From: a virus
Virus record (IMG/VR): IMGVR_UViG_3300021959_010405
Location: 53,430 to 117,429 of that record
Reading direction: 5' to 3' (one strand)
Length of the DNA stretch: 64,000 nucleotides
Shown: positions 1-10,746 of the stretch, in pieces
Layout: the number at the start of each line of letters is the position of its first letter
Numbering within the stretch: position 1 is the stretch's first letter
Notes under the pieces: generated by a model
Database searches by the model: none
Seen by the model: only the letters and a program-made list of their open reading frames with translations
What the model was told of the DNA's origin: nothing
Position numbers and translations under genes: made by a program

Positions 1-262
1 GATCTTTACCTGCTGCCCATTTGTTGATAGCACTATATTTAATTTTATTAATGTTACCTTTCAAGTAATCTTCCCTATAGCTTGTAATTAAATCCTTATC
101 ACGTGTAATATATACGAGTTCAGTTAAATATTTAGCCTTAATAAAACTCTCACTGGATGCAGGGGGTTCTACATCATGAGAACGATTTACAATTGCACAG
201 CTTGTAACTAATACAAAAGGCAGTATAAATATCAATAGTTTTTTACTAAAATTCGTTAGCAT
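1..262 (-). CDS. Putative lipoprotein, 3'-truncated at the window edge (not in the ORF track)
   Basis: Manual translation from the ATG at 262: MLTNFSKKLLIFILPFVLVTSC-AIVNRSHDV..., i.e. basic N-region, hydrophobic H-region and lipobox-like VTSC; open to position 1. Confidence 0.6.
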   Translation of the reverse strand, partial: MLTNFSKKLLIFILPFVLVTSCAIVNRSHDVEPPASSESFIKAKYLTELVYITRDKDLITSYREDYLKGNINKIKYSAINKWAAGKD

Positions 263-455
263 ATAATTCCTTCTCATCATTTTCTTGATCTTTATCATCT
301 ATTAAAATTATTATCTCTTGATTTTTTTTAATTGTTTTAATTAATTTTTTAAATAATTTCTCTTGGGTTTTATTTAATAAAGTTATACCACCATTCGAAA
401 CGGCTTCCATCGTCTCAATTAAGTCGTCCTGCAAAAAATATTTTTTAAGCTTCAT
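246..455 (-). CDS. Small hypothetical protein
   Basis: 69-aa ORF overlapping both neighbours in the same operon direction. Confidence 0.55.
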   Translation of the reverse strand: MKLKKYFLQDDLIETMEAVSNGGITLLNKTQEKLFKKLIKTIKKNQEIIILIDDKDQENDEKELYANEF

Positions 456-1575
456 CCTTTACAACATCTCCGGTTTCGCTCTCTACAATCTCTTCAGGAA
501 CCTCTTCTTCTCCCTCCTCTAGATTACTGTACATCCATTCTGATTTAATTCTTTCTTCTAGTCTAGGTATAATAGTCTCTTCCCAGAGATCAACATCCTT
601 TCGAAAGTTTTTATAATATCCGATTTTTTTACCATCCTCTAACTGGTAAGTAGATCCAGTCTGTATCAAAACACCTAAACCTACAGCAATATCTAATAGA
701 CCATAAAATCTGTCTAGACCTTTTGAGAAGGATAGGTACATCTCTCCTTCGAGATATTGCTTTAAAAAACGATTTTTTCTTGTAAGAGCTCTAATAATAA
801 TACCAGAATATTTTTTCTGACTTACAGCAAGTTTACCATCACTGATCTTACCACCATCCTCCTTCATAGGTTTGCGAGCTAGCTGGACTGTTACAGATGG
901 CAGATATACAACCGATTTGCCTCCAGGCATATTTTTCTCAATTGATGGAAACATTGCAGATGGGTCATCGTATACATGGTTAGTAAGCAATACAGTTGTT
1001 TGTGTTGTAGCACCTAAATTAGTACATGTTTGAAGTAATGATTTAATTGCTCTAGCTTTAGTACCCATATCGACTGCGGTACTCTCTTTATTCATTCGAT
1101 TTAACTCAAGCTCGGATTGAAGATTCCCTAATGAATCTACTGCGATAATAAACTTACCTTCAAGCCCCTTTTCTTTAATAGCTTCGAATAATTTATAAAT
1201 AGCATTTCTTGTTTGTTCAATACTAGAACATGGTACATATTTTACATTTGAAATATCTAGACCAATCCTCTCAGCGGATTCCGGGTCGATCGCGTTCTCA
1301 GTATCAAATACGACTGGTATAAGACCTTCCTTTTGTGCATTAGCAAGAATCTTCATAACAAATAATGACTTACCAGTCATCGACTCACCCGCTAACATAG
1401 TCACTCGACCTTTGGGAATGCCTCCATTTACAGAACCAGAAATTATTGAATTTAATACATATGATCCTGTATCGATCCAGCCCTTTACCAGACTAAGGGA
1501 AGAGTTATCCAAGTAAGATGCGAAAGGGTTAATTTCGTCAATCTCATCTAATGCGCTTTTTATATCTTTATCCAT
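445..1575 (-). CDS. uvsX: RecA-like recombinase UvsX
   Basis: DTGSYVLNSIISGS, Walker A AGESMTGKS, FDTENA, Walker B IAVDSLGNL, MPGGKSVVY; T4-like context. Confidence 0.95.
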   Translation of the reverse strand: MDKDIKSALDEIDEINPFASYLDNSSLSLVKGWIDTGSYVLNSIISGSVNGGIPKGRVTMLAGESMTGKSLFVMKILANAQKEGLIPVVFDTENAIDPESAERIGLDISNVKYVPCSSIEQTRNAIYKLFEAIKEKGLEGKFIIAVDSLGNLQSELELNRMNKESTAVDMGTKARAIKSLLQTCTNLGATTQTTVLLTNHVYDDPSAMFPSIEKNMPGGKSVVYLPSVTVQLARKPMKEDGGKISDGKLAVSQKKYSGIIIRALTRKNRFLKQYLEGEMYLSFSKGLDRFYGLLDIAVGLGVLIQTGSTYQLEDGKKIGYYKNFRKDVDLWEETIIPRLEERIKSEWMYSNLEEGEEEVPEEIVESETGDVVKDEA

Positions 1576-1615
1576 ATACTACAAATAGTATAATATATAT
1601 TTTAAATTAGTCCAT

Positions 1616-1643
1616 AAAAAAAGCCCCCGTAGGGGGGCTTTTT
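1616..1643. terminator. Intrinsic terminator hairpin (A-tract/T-tract on both sides)
   Basis: AAAAAAAGCCCCC-GTAG-GGGGGCTTTTT. Confidence 0.9.
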
Positions 1644-1666
1644 AATTATTTATTTTATATTATTTT

Positions 1667-2086
1667 TTATTCATCAAAAAGTTTGATCACCTTTTCACTA
1701 TTATCTGGTGTTACAATTTTTGATTCTGGAACTAGTCCGAAAGTTCTATTGTATTGCTGTAAGAGTCTTTCATCCAGCTCAATAGGTTTATTACTTACCG
1801 TAATATCACTTTTATTAAAAACCCACTCAGTACCTGTATCGCGCTGATCCGAACTTAGCAGCTCTGAAAACCATACTGGGAAAAGCTGTACTTGAATTTG
1901 ACCATCTTGAGTTGGTTGAAGGTGAACCGATGCAGGATTTCTCACTACGAGGGTTTTGGTATTTTCGCTAACTAGCTGGCCAATAATTGATCTTTGACCA
2001 TCAATAAAGGAAACTAAATCTTTTGCTTCGACTGGTGTTTTTTCACTCATATATGTATATTTTATATTAACTTTTGTATTATTCAA
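1667..2086 (-). CDS. Conserved T4-like hypothetical protein (possible Sm-like fold)
   Basis: 139 aa, beta-rich (IIGQLVSE..LVVRNPASV..QVQLFPVWF), typical position downstream of the DNA polymerase. Confidence 0.6.
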   Translation of the reverse strand: MNNTKVNIKYTYMSEKTPVEAKDLVSFIDGQRSIIGQLVSENTKTLVVRNPASVHLQPTQDGQIQVQLFPVWFSELLSSDQRDTGTEWVFNKSDITVSNKPIELDERLLQQYNRTFGLVPESKIVTPDNSEKVIKLFDE

Positions 2087-4692
2087 GAAAATAATTCAAA
2101 TAAATCACAACGAATCTGCTCGTTAGGCTTTCTTGCCACCCAATTTACGCGTTTGTAGAATCGCTCAACAACGCTAAAAACAATTTTGTTAAACATTTTT
2201 TCATAATCAACCTTAAATAGATCTTTCATCTGACTAGGAAGTTCATCCTTAAACCCGATAACTGAGACCCCATACTTATTTGCTGGCTGGACATACATCC
2301 AGCGAATTTTATCGCCCGTGTTTACCGGCTCATATTCGGTATCAATTGAAAGATCTTTAAGGATATTATTATAATAGTAACCCGCTTTTGCATGAACTGG
2401 CATGCCTTTACATGTTTGAAATCCATTGCATTTTCTTACATACTCATCAAACGATGATAATCCCACAACAAAGGATATATCTTCAACTGGTAGCGAAGTA
2501 AAAATATCATATGCTTCTTTAACGGCTTTATCCGTCTCAGCTTGAGACCTTTTCATTAACATCGTCTCAATAATATTTTTTACATAAGGCTTTACCGGAT
2601 CGGGCATTGTTGTTCTTACAACTTCAACTCCGGTATACTTAAACTTATTAACCTTTACATCCTCATCATCTAGAATATGCATTGCATATCGTTTTTTCTC
2701 TAAAAATAAGCTAACATCGCTTATTACTTCCCTTTTAAATACAAGTCTACAATCTTGAGAGTTGAAAGATTTAATAGCCCATTCTGTTATGTTTTTGTTT
2801 AGATAATCTGTTAGTTCCTCACTGTACTTATAAACGTCGCTAGATAAATTACCATTTTCATCTGCAAACTCTTTTATAATCCCACTATCTACTAGAGACT
2901 TAATCGATATATAACACGAATCAGTATCATTATATACAACCGGGTCATTATGTTTTAAATAATCATCTGATATATTGGTCTTTTCTTTAAGATAGTTTTT
3001 AGCTAAAACGTTGGATTGTTTAATAACAGCTTGACCCGAAAGTGTAATACTACTAGCGATGTCATCATCTCCAATAGGCGAATGTTTATTACCGAAATAC
3101 CCATATGCGCTATTAATAAGAACTTTAATTGTCAATTGCTTAGTATCGAGTCTATTAATTGTAAATTTAAGTTCTTGCTTCCTGTTTTCGCTATCAATAT
3201 CAGTTTTATCTTGTAAGCTAACTAATTCTAAAGTAGCTTTACGAAGATCGTCCTTAACCTCTACTCGCTTGTTGTAATAAAAGTCTACCATCTCTGGCAT
3301 AATACCTTTAGTTTTCTGAGAAAATAAAATACCTGCTTTCGATATCGCTAAACTTTCTTTCTTAACTAGTTGACCAAATTGAGCAGGGGTTAAATCAAAC
3401 GTTTCTCCGTTTACGTACCTTACTACCACTTTACTCGAGTCATGAGAGACGATCTTACCAACTTTAGTCTCCGGAGACATGTTAAGAGAAATCATTAGGT
3501 TGGGATATAGGGAGTTAGCATCAAATGATACCACATACTGCTGAAAACCCTCTAAAGGTTCGCCTACGAATGCACCTGGATTCTTACCAGAGTCTTCATG
3601 TCTAACAAACGTTGCAATCTTTTGATTCCGGTCACGTGCTCTAATAGTAGCCGCTCCATTGATAACAGCAACAGCGCCCATTGCAGCTTCGAACGTAGTC
3701 AATCCAACGTATGCTAACATTCGAATCAACTCCATATATCGCAATTCTTCATCTAGCCTTTGGAGCAGAAAAACGTCGTGTATGTTATATTCAACAAACG
3801 TTTGCCAGTCTTGCGCACATAAATCAGCAATGTGCATATTGCCGTATTCGATTTTTTTCTCCCCGATTTCAATTTGAGCAATATTATCTAATTTATATGA
3901 ATCACGATTTTTTAATTGAAATCTTTTGTATACATCAAGATAATCTAAACAAGAAATGCCATCAATAAACCATCTTACTGAATTTTTACCGAATGCTCCT
4001 CTAATAGCTCTATTATAAACATTTCCAGTAGGTGATAATCTGCGAACATGCTCCTCACCCATTACGTTATGAATTCGGTTTATAATGTAAGGTATATCGA
4101 AGCCAGCTGAGTTCCACCCAGATATAATATCCGGATAGTCTGCTTCTAGAAACGTTAGCATTTTGTCAATAAGCTCAATCTCCGTCTTACAGTTGTAATA
4201 TGTAAGTTCAGATGGATCAAACTTCGAGGAATCAAACTCCCCTACCCCCCATACGTGCTTATGCTTCTCGATAGTATCATAGATAGTTACTACGTTGATT
4301 GGGTGCACTGCCTCTTCAGGGTCTGGAAACTCATCCCGAGCTACAGCCTCAATATCAATAAACTGTACCTTGAGAGGCATCGATGAAAACTCGGGCAGCT
4401 CATTATCCTGCCAGTATTCATCAATTAAGAACTGCTGATATGTTGGAAGATTTTCAAATAATCTTCTTATACCGGTATCACGAATAAACCTTGTTCTTTC
4501 ATACTGATTATTGAATACCTTCTTACGTACTTTAGTTTTATATATAGAAACTTCGTCTCCATTTTTGTCCTCGATATATACGTACGGTCTATATGGCTGA
4601 GTATACGAGGTGCGATTTCCTTGAGCGTCCCATGTCCATACTTTAACTTCTTTAGTCCGCGGTATGTATGAAATATTTCTATATCCTATCAT
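2083..4692 (-). CDS. gp43: Family B DNA polymerase (gp43)
   Basis: ExoI DIE, ExoII SGWNSAGFDIPY, ExoIII YNIHDV, motif A SFDANSLYP, motif B KVLINSAYG, motif C YNDTDS, KKRYA. Confidence 0.97.
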   Translation of the reverse strand: MIGYRNISYIPRTKEVKVWTWDAQGNRTSYTQPYRPYVYIEDKNGDEVSIYKTKVRKKVFNNQYERTRFIRDTGIRRLFENLPTYQQFLIDEYWQDNELPEFSSMPLKVQFIDIEAVARDEFPDPEEAVHPINVVTIYDTIEKHKHVWGVGEFDSSKFDPSELTYYNCKTEIELIDKMLTFLEADYPDIISGWNSAGFDIPYIINRIHNVMGEEHVRRLSPTGNVYNRAIRGAFGKNSVRWFIDGISCLDYLDVYKRFQLKNRDSYKLDNIAQIEIGEKKIEYGNMHIADLCAQDWQTFVEYNIHDVFLLQRLDEELRYMELIRMLAYVGLTTFEAAMGAVAVINGAATIRARDRNQKIATFVRHEDSGKNPGAFVGEPLEGFQQYVVSFDANSLYPNLMISLNMSPETKVGKIVSHDSSKVVVRYVNGETFDLTPAQFGQLVKKESLAISKAGILFSQKTKGIMPEMVDFYYNKRVEVKDDLRKATLELVSLQDKTDIDSENRKQELKFTINRLDTKQLTIKVLINSAYGYFGNKHSPIGDDDIASSITLSGQAVIKQSNVLAKNYLKEKTNISDDYLKHNDPVVYNDTDSCYISIKSLVDSGIIKEFADENGNLSSDVYKYSEELTDYLNKNITEWAIKSFNSQDCRLVFKREVISDVSLFLEKKRYAMHILDDEDVKVNKFKYTGVEVVRTTMPDPVKPYVKNIIETMLMKRSQAETDKAVKEAYDIFTSLPVEDISFVVGLSSFDEYVRKCNGFQTCKGMPVHAKAGYYYNNILKDLSIDTEYEPVNTGDKIRWMYVQPANKYGVSVIGFKDELPSQMKDLFKVDYEKMFNKIVFSVVERFYKRVNWVARKPNEQIRCDLFELFS

Positions 4693-5921
4693 CGATTAAA
4701 TTTCGATAACATTATACGACCTGGATCACCATAAGGCAAATTAAAAAGTTCTAAAAAGCAATCTAAATTTTCATCTCGTTCGAGAAATCTTTTTTCCGCT
4801 ACCTTATATCGACTAACAGCCTCTGATTTATATTTTCTACCATTAGATAGAGTCTGTTCAATTTTTTTGATCATGTCATCTCCATCACTAAACTTAATAG
4901 GTGCATCTTTATATGTGCACATATCTTGACATGCAATAGGTATACCGAGAGCACAAGCCTCGATATATTTTAGATCACTTTTCGCTCTATTAAAGTTATT
5001 ATCAACTAATGGGGCTACTGCCATTTGAATTTCAAGATCGTTTAATTTCTCAGGGTATAAATAAATTTGCTGCCATGGATGGAACTCTATCTCTCCAGAC
5101 TGTACGTATGGTCTAAGTGCAATAGGAAATGCTCCTACAAATACCCATTGAAATCTCTTACGTGTTTTAATTACAGCTTCTATAACGTGATTAAAATCAT
5201 CCCGTTGTTTATCTTTATTATCAACATCGAAATGTGCTCCTGAACCGGCATATAGTATTCGAGGTTTATTCTGATGCTTTTTATAAAGCTGAGTTACTCT
5301 TTTCTCATTAAAGAAATTGCCAATCCAAAACTTAGGTGGAAAGTTAGGTATAACTGTAACCTCCTCTTTACCTGTTTTTTCTCTATAATAATCACGCATA
5401 AACTCACATGTGCATGTAATTTCATCGCACAACTTCATTATTTCGAGAGAAGATTCTCTTATTTCGTCGCTTTCAAATGCAAACTTAAATTTATTATAAT
5501 CAGGAATATCCTCCCGAAATATAATATCATCAATTTCATAAACAATCCTACAGCCTACCCTGGGCTGTATTTCTTTCTTCAAAAATTTTACAAACTCTAA
5601 TTGATTTTTTGTAGCCTGGCGCTGTACTCGAATAACTTTTACATTTGTATAAAATTCAGGATTAGTAATCATTACTGATGAATTTTGTACTAATGCTTTA
5701 TTGTGTACATTTAATAAATGCTCAGGCCATAACATTCTCCATAAACCGCAACCACTATAGTCAGCTAAATAGTTAATACAGCGAGGTAAATCCGTGGGGT
5801 CTCCGGACTGCTTGGGAGGGGGCTTGGGTCGGGAGAAGTTTGATTCTCCAGATGGTAGATGTGGGGGACCATATGGAGACGAAAACGGAGATGAAAACGG
5901 GAGACCCTGATTGGTAATCAT
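4689..5921 (-). CDS. GT-B fold glycosyltransferase with Pro-rich N-terminus
   Basis: YEIDD, C-terminal APLVDNNFNRAKSDLKYIEACALGIP motif typical of GT4-like enzymes. Confidence 0.75.
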   Translation of the reverse strand: MITNQGLPFSSPFSSPYGPPHLPSGESNFSRPKPPPKQSGDPTDLPRCINYLADYSGCGLWRMLWPEHLLNVHNKALVQNSSVMITNPEFYTNVKVIRVQRQATKNQLEFVKFLKKEIQPRVGCRIVYEIDDIIFREDIPDYNKFKFAFESDEIRESSLEIMKLCDEITCTCEFMRDYYREKTGKEEVTVIPNFPPKFWIGNFFNEKRVTQLYKKHQNKPRILYAGSGAHFDVDNKDKQRDDFNHVIEAVIKTRKRFQWVFVGAFPIALRPYVQSGEIEFHPWQQIYLYPEKLNDLEIQMAVAPLVDNNFNRAKSDLKYIEACALGIPIACQDMCTYKDAPIKFSDGDDMIKKIEQTLSNGRKYKSEAVSRYKVAEKRFLERDENLDCFLELFNLPYGDPGRIMLSKFNR

Positions 5922-5944
5922 TGATATTATTTAAACTCCTTTAT

Positions 5945-7759
5945 CTAAACATCAACACTTTTAACACGTGTAGTTATACCATTTTCTTTTTGAAGATATA
6001 TTATTTCCGCATTATCAGTTATTGACTTAATAGCTTCCGGTCGATGTGTAATAACGAAAACACATTCATTATTAGACGAAACTCTATCGTTAAGAATATT
6101 ATTAACTAACTCTACACCCTTACTGTCTAAACTTGAGTCATATAGCTCATCAAAGAAACTAACATTGTATGCAACGTTCCCTTGCATGCGTCGCGCATCG
6201 GCGAAGGTAAACAAACATGCTAAATCTATATTTTTTCTTTCTCCGTCTGAAAAATTATAATAAGAACAAATTTTATTATTATCGTTTATAATTTCCTCTT
6301 CAAAATATTCGTTGAAGACACATATGCAGTTTGCGTCCATTTTTTTCAAATAGTATGCAAGTCTACTATTAAAAATCTGCAATATTTGTTTAACAATATA
6401 TGCTTTAACCCCTTCTTCGGATACTACAAATTTACTAATATCAATGATATTCATCATATCACGATTTTTTTCAACCTTTTGCGATATATCCTCTATCTCT
6501 TTCTTAACTTCATTAATTATAAAATCTATATTTGTTTCGGTTGATTTAAGGTTTGCAATATCTATTTCTAGACTCTCAATCCAACTCTCATGCTGTTTTA
6601 TATTTTGCTCAATATTATCCTTAGATGAAGCTTCTACATTAGCTACATTTAATTTTTGTTGAATCTTTATTAAGGATTCATTTAATTTATCCTTAACGGA
6701 TTGTAATTTACTAATTACCTTATTACAATCTTCAAGATCTTGTTTTCGAGTTTTTATTTTCTCGGCAATAATTTTCTTACCGTCAGATATGCAATCGCGA
6801 TCATGATCCTCAATCTGACGTAAACAAGTTGGGCATTTATTTTCAGTTGTACCAATATTCTTATAATCTTGTCCATCGCGTTTTATATCTGTTTTAATTT
6901 CAGCACAAATTTCAAGCTGATCTCTTATTTTACTTTCTACTCTTTCAATACCATCTACAACTTCATCTAATTTGCTTTTGATTGCAGTAGTATCAGCCTC
7001 TTTTATTTTATTTAATTTATTTTTTAAATCTTTAATAGTTTTTTTATTGTCTTTATATCTTTTATTGTAGTCGACTAATTTATCTTTTCTACTCTTAAGT
7101 ATATCCTCTCGTTGATCCTTATAATTGGTCTGGGATTTATTTTTTTCCTCTAATTTAGTTAGATCGATTTCATAGTCTCTTTTTATTTCATTATAATCAT
7201 TTCTAGCTAGCTTTAGCATTTCCCCGAATACCTCTAAGGAAAAAATATTTTCAATAAACTTACGCTTAGCAATAACCTTCTGACCCATAAACGGTATGGT
7301 ATTATTAGAGGTCATTACGACACAATTTTTAAATATCTCTCCCGACGCCTCTATTAGTTCTAATATATACTGTGTTGTATTAGCTATTGAGTCGCGAGTT
7401 ATATCTTCCCCATTTTTTATTAATATTAACTTCGAGGGGTTTAAAGATCTTTGTATTAAGTATTCGCTAGTCTCCTCAGGGGAGGTAATTTTAAATTTTA
7501 AAGATACGCTACATTTACCATTGGTAATATTATTTACAATAAGGTCTTTTTTATTTATATCTCGGATAGTTTTACCAAATATAGCAAAATAAAAAGCATC
7601 AGCTATAGTGCTTTTACCTACCCCATTTTTACGATCTATTTTATCCTTATTGTTACCCGTAATGACATGCATTCCAGGTTTAAATTCTATTTCGATCGGA
7701 TCTTCTCCAACAGAAAAAAAGTTTTGCAATTTAAGGGTTTTGAAAAATACGTGCTTCAT
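5945..7759 (-). CDS. gp46: Rad50/SbcC-like recombination ATPase (gp46)
   Basis: Walker A NGVGKST, coiled coil with CPTC zinc hook, signature FSDGE, Walker B FFDE, ITH. Confidence 0.95.
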   Translation of the reverse strand: MKHVFFKTLKLQNFFSVGEDPIEIEFKPGMHVITGNNKDKIDRKNGVGKSTIADAFYFAIFGKTIRDINKKDLIVNNITNGKCSVSLKFKITSPEETSEYLIQRSLNPSKLILIKNGEDITRDSIANTTQYILELIEASGEIFKNCVVMTSNNTIPFMGQKVIAKRKFIENIFSLEVFGEMLKLARNDYNEIKRDYEIDLTKLEEKNKSQTNYKDQREDILKSRKDKLVDYNKRYKDNKKTIKDLKNKLNKIKEADTTAIKSKLDEVVDGIERVESKIRDQLEICAEIKTDIKRDGQDYKNIGTTENKCPTCLRQIEDHDRDCISDGKKIIAEKIKTRKQDLEDCNKVISKLQSVKDKLNESLIKIQQKLNVANVEASSKDNIEQNIKQHESWIESLEIDIANLKSTETNIDFIINEVKKEIEDISQKVEKNRDMMNIIDISKFVVSEEGVKAYIVKQILQIFNSRLAYYLKKMDANCICVFNEYFEEEIINDNNKICSYYNFSDGERKNIDLACLFTFADARRMQGNVAYNVSFFDELYDSSLDSKGVELVNNILNDRVSSNNECVFVITHRPEAIKSITDNAEIIYLQKENGITTRVKSVDV

Positions 7760-8805
7760 TAGTGCGTAACTCTTTTATATAAGTCATTAACATATTGAAC
7801 AACTGGCTCATTATTATCTATATCCATTATGTTTATAAATTCGGTTATTGCTCTCTCCATATCAATTCCTGAAAAATCATGCTCACCCTCTTCATCAATC
7901 ATGGTATTGAAATTAATATCATGCTCTACTTCAATTTGTATGGGTTGTAAAGCTCTAAATTGTTTAAAAAGAAATTCCGAATGTTTGGTAGATATTCTCT
8001 TATCAATAATAAACTTTATTATATTGCCCTTTACAATCTTTTTTAGATCGGCTAGAGGTACTTTCTTTTCCGCAATCTCAGATAAAAATATTTTATAAAA
8101 TCGAGGCGATATATTATTTTCTATAAAATCAATGTTATTTGTATCTAAATCAACAAAATATATACCTTTTGTATCCCCAGCGTCACCAAAATCCATCTGA
8201 AACGGATTACCCACATAAATGATTTGACCTTTTTTTAGCTTTCTCTCAGATCTTAAATGAAAATGCCCTGTAAATGTTAGGGGTGATTTTTTAAGAATAT
8301 CGGAAGTCTTAATGCCATGGTCACAAATTTTAAATGAATTGAGCTTGAATGACTCAATCTCGAAATGACCAAATAAGATATCACTTTTAGGTATATCCTT
8401 CTCAGAGGTACCCCACGGTATAAAAGATATTTTTTTACCGCCATCCGTTGTTATGGTAGTAGTCTTATCTAGAACTGTAATATTATCTCTCCCGTCAAAA
8501 ATAGAAAGAGAATTTACTGAAGATGACTCTTTATAATAACAATCATGATTACCCGGAATAAATGTAATATTATAGTCCTTCAATTCATTAAGAACTTTAG
8601 CGGAGTGAGATATAGTATTGGTTGCGATTGAATCTCTATAATGGTAGAAATCTCCGCAAAAAACAATATCTTTTATACCTCGACTGTCCACAGTACTCTT
8701 AAACCACTTGACCCAATCAAGAGTTATCTTATGCCATATGGGACTATCTCTATGTACACCGATGTGTATATCACTAAAGATAGCAATGTTACTTGATTTA
8801 ATCAT
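7759..8805 (-). CDS. gp47: Mre11/SbcD-like nuclease (gp47)
   Basis: SDIHIG, GDFYH, GNHD, FGH, GHFH metallophosphoesterase motifs; adjacent to gp46. Confidence 0.95.
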   Translation of the reverse strand: MIKSSNIAIFSDIHIGVHRDSPIWHKITLDWVKWFKSTVDSRGIKDIVFCGDFYHYRDSIATNTISHSAKVLNELKDYNITFIPGNHDCYYKESSSVNSLSIFDGRDNITVLDKTTTITTDGGKKISFIPWGTSEKDIPKSDILFGHFEIESFKLNSFKICDHGIKTSDILKKSPLTFTGHFHLRSERKLKKGQIIYVGNPFQMDFGDAGDTKGIYFVDLDTNNIDFIENNISPRFYKIFLSEIAEKKVPLADLKKIVKGNIIKFIIDKRISTKHSEFLFKQFRALQPIQIEVEHDINFNTMIDEEGEHDFSGIDMERAITEFINIMDIDNNEPVVQYVNDLYKRVTH

Positions 8806-9251
8806 AAATCACTATCGTAAAAGTCACCTTCTTCTAGATTAGATATATTTTTTGTATAAACTTTACCGTCGCTGGAATCAATCATATGTCTTTCGTAAAC
8901 TTCTTCGCGATATTCGGTTTCTGCTTGATGCAATCTTTTTTCCTTTTTAATTCTATTAATAAACGATCTAAAAGCTATAGTAGTAAAATAGGAGAAGGGA
9001 TTATATTTTGATGTTACATCGAAATTTTTATTTTTTAAAGCTGCATACATCTTCACGATTGCATCACCTACCATCTCATCTCTATACGTATAATCTTTAA
9101 ATTTAGAATTGTAGCTTAAGCCTGTCGCTATTTTATTAATGCATTCTCCGAGATAATCTTCGAATTTATCGCTTTGATAGAAACGGGCTATTGCATCCTT
9201 AAACTCTTTAGGTTCTACATAATAATTGCTCTTATCTTTAGTCTTTGCCAT
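8802..9251 (-). CDS. gp55: Late-transcription sigma factor (gp55)
   Basis: NYYV...F, YTYRDEMVGDA, NPFSYFTTIAFRSFINRIKKEK. Confidence 0.93.
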   Translation of the reverse strand: MAKTKDKSNYYVEPKEFKDAIARFYQSDKFEDYLGECINKIATGLSYNSKFKDYTYRDEMVGDAIVKMYAALKNKNFDVTSKYNPFSYFTTIAFRSFINRIKKEKRLHQAETEYREEVYERHMIDSSDGKVYTKNISNLEEGDFYDSDL

Positions 9252-9262
9252 AGCTAACCTTC

Positions 9263-9290
9263 ATTATAGTAGATTATTATAATAATTCAA
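9263..9290 (-). promoter_or_regulatory. Sigma70-like early/middle promoter upstream of gp55
   Basis: TTGAAT-N16-TATAAT on the minus strand. Confidence 0.6.
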
Positions 9291-9294
9291 CTCA

Positions 9295-10746
9295 CTAAGG
9301 TTCTTTTATTGTAGAAATATTGAATGGTATACTCTCCTTTCGATATATTTCTAACCTTTTGTTTAAATGTGATATTCCATAATGTAGTTGATCGGCTAGA
9401 TCAATAATAATTAATTTATTTTTACTGTGATGCTTTCTCAATCCTCTACCAATCGATTGTACTAGACGTATAAAAGCCTTGCCCCCGCTTGCAAAAACAA
9501 TCATATGTATATTTTTAATATTAATTCCTGTAGAAAATATAGATGACATTGCAATACAAATAACCCCGTTATTATTCTCCATACTCTTTTTAATTTTCTC
9601 TCTATCGTCAACCTCTACCGAGCCTTGAACAAAATGAACTTCTCTATCTGAAATATTATTAAGAGTATCTAAGAGTATCTCGCCATGAGCTATATGATTA
9701 ACTAGTATTAAAATATTATTTTTAAAATTACTACTTACTTGTTTTATTATTTTGTTACGATATTCACTCTCATATAAAAAATCTAATTCTGCCTTGTATC
9801 TTGCCGTCGATGTAAATTCATCATCCTTAAAATATGTTTTAGGTTTCTTTTTATACTCAATTTTAAGAATTTTAACCTCCGCTGAAGTTAAAAATCCTTC
9901 TTCGCGAAGTTCATTACTACCTTTCTCATAATATACTGGACCTGTCTTTCCGATTATTGACCACCTATCCATCTGCTCCTCTGGTAGGGTACCAGTAAAG
10001 CCATATTTATTATTAGTATATATCTTACTAATTAATTTACCTATTTTGTTCTTATGCTTTACTTTATGAGCTTCATCAATAACTACTAAATCTACATGTT
10101 CTATCCATGAATGATCGTCAAACTGACTTTGAACAATTTGATTACTCGCTATTACAACATTTACATTAGTATCTAATTTATATTGTGAGGTCCATCTGCA
10201 GAAAGTAAATGGTACATTATACTCTTCAAAATCGCTGTATGTCTGCTGTACTAGACCGCGGTCAGGTACTAATAACAAACACCTAAAATCTTTACCTCCC
10301 TTAGTTTTATTAATAATATTATGTATAAGAGTAGCTATTGTTAAGGTTTTACCTCCACCTGTCCCTAAAACACATACCCCCTTACCTCCTTTAAGAGCAT
10401 TTTTTAAAATTTCTTCTTGATAATACCTTAATTCTAGATTATTATCTAAAAAGATGAGTTCATCGCTAAAACCGCAATCTACAATCTCTCTAACTTCGCT
10501 TGTAAAGGAGATCTTACATGTAGGTGCAGATTCTTTTATTGTTTTTATAACATCAGATAAGAGACCTGGCTCGAACTTACCAGCAGGAGTTATAGAGTAT
10601 AATCTTCTGGGGGCAAACTTGGACTGATATGCGGCCGCCTTATTAGGCACACTAAATTTCTCTCTTATTTCGTTTAACAATACGGAATTATCTGTTTTTA
10701 TTAAACAGCGATTATGATTTATTGAGTAGTCAATCTCGACCTGCAT
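9295..10746 (-). CDS. uvsW: SF2 helicase UvsW
   Basis: LRYYQ, GTGGGKT, DEAH, GFTGT, STGINIKN, QSIGRGLR. Confidence 0.93.
   Translation of the reverse strand: MQVEIDYSINHNRCLIKTDNSVLLNEIREKFSVPNKAAAYQSKFAPRRLYSITPAGKFEPGLLSDVIKTIKESAPTCKISFTSEVREIVDCGFSDELIFLDNNLELRYYQEEILKNALKGGKGVCVLGTGGGKTLTIATLIHNIINKTKGGKDFRCLLLVPDRGLVQQTYSDFEEYNVPFTFCRWTSQYKLDTNVNVVIASNQIVQSQFDDHSWIEHVDLVVIDEAHKVKHKNKIGKLISKIYTNNKYGFTGTLPEEQMDRWSIIGKTGPVYYEKGSNELREEGFLTSAEVKILKIEYKKKPKTYFKDDEFTSTARYKAELDFLYESEYRNKIIKQVSSNFKNNILILVNHIAHGEILLDTLNNISDREVHFVQGSVEVDDREKIKKSMENNNGVICIAMSSIFSTGINIKNIHMIVFASGGKAFIRLVQSIGRGLRKHHSKNKLIIIDLADQLHYGISHLNKRLEIYRKESIPFNISTIKEP

Noticed and set aside
3016-3968. Short plus-strand ORFs within gp43 (and similar ORFs nested in other long genes)
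   Set aside because: Antisense to well-supported genes, with no promoter or recognisable motif
5945-7759. Non-canonical ABC signature FSDGE in gp46
   Set aside because: FS(E/D)GE variants are normal for T4-like gp46
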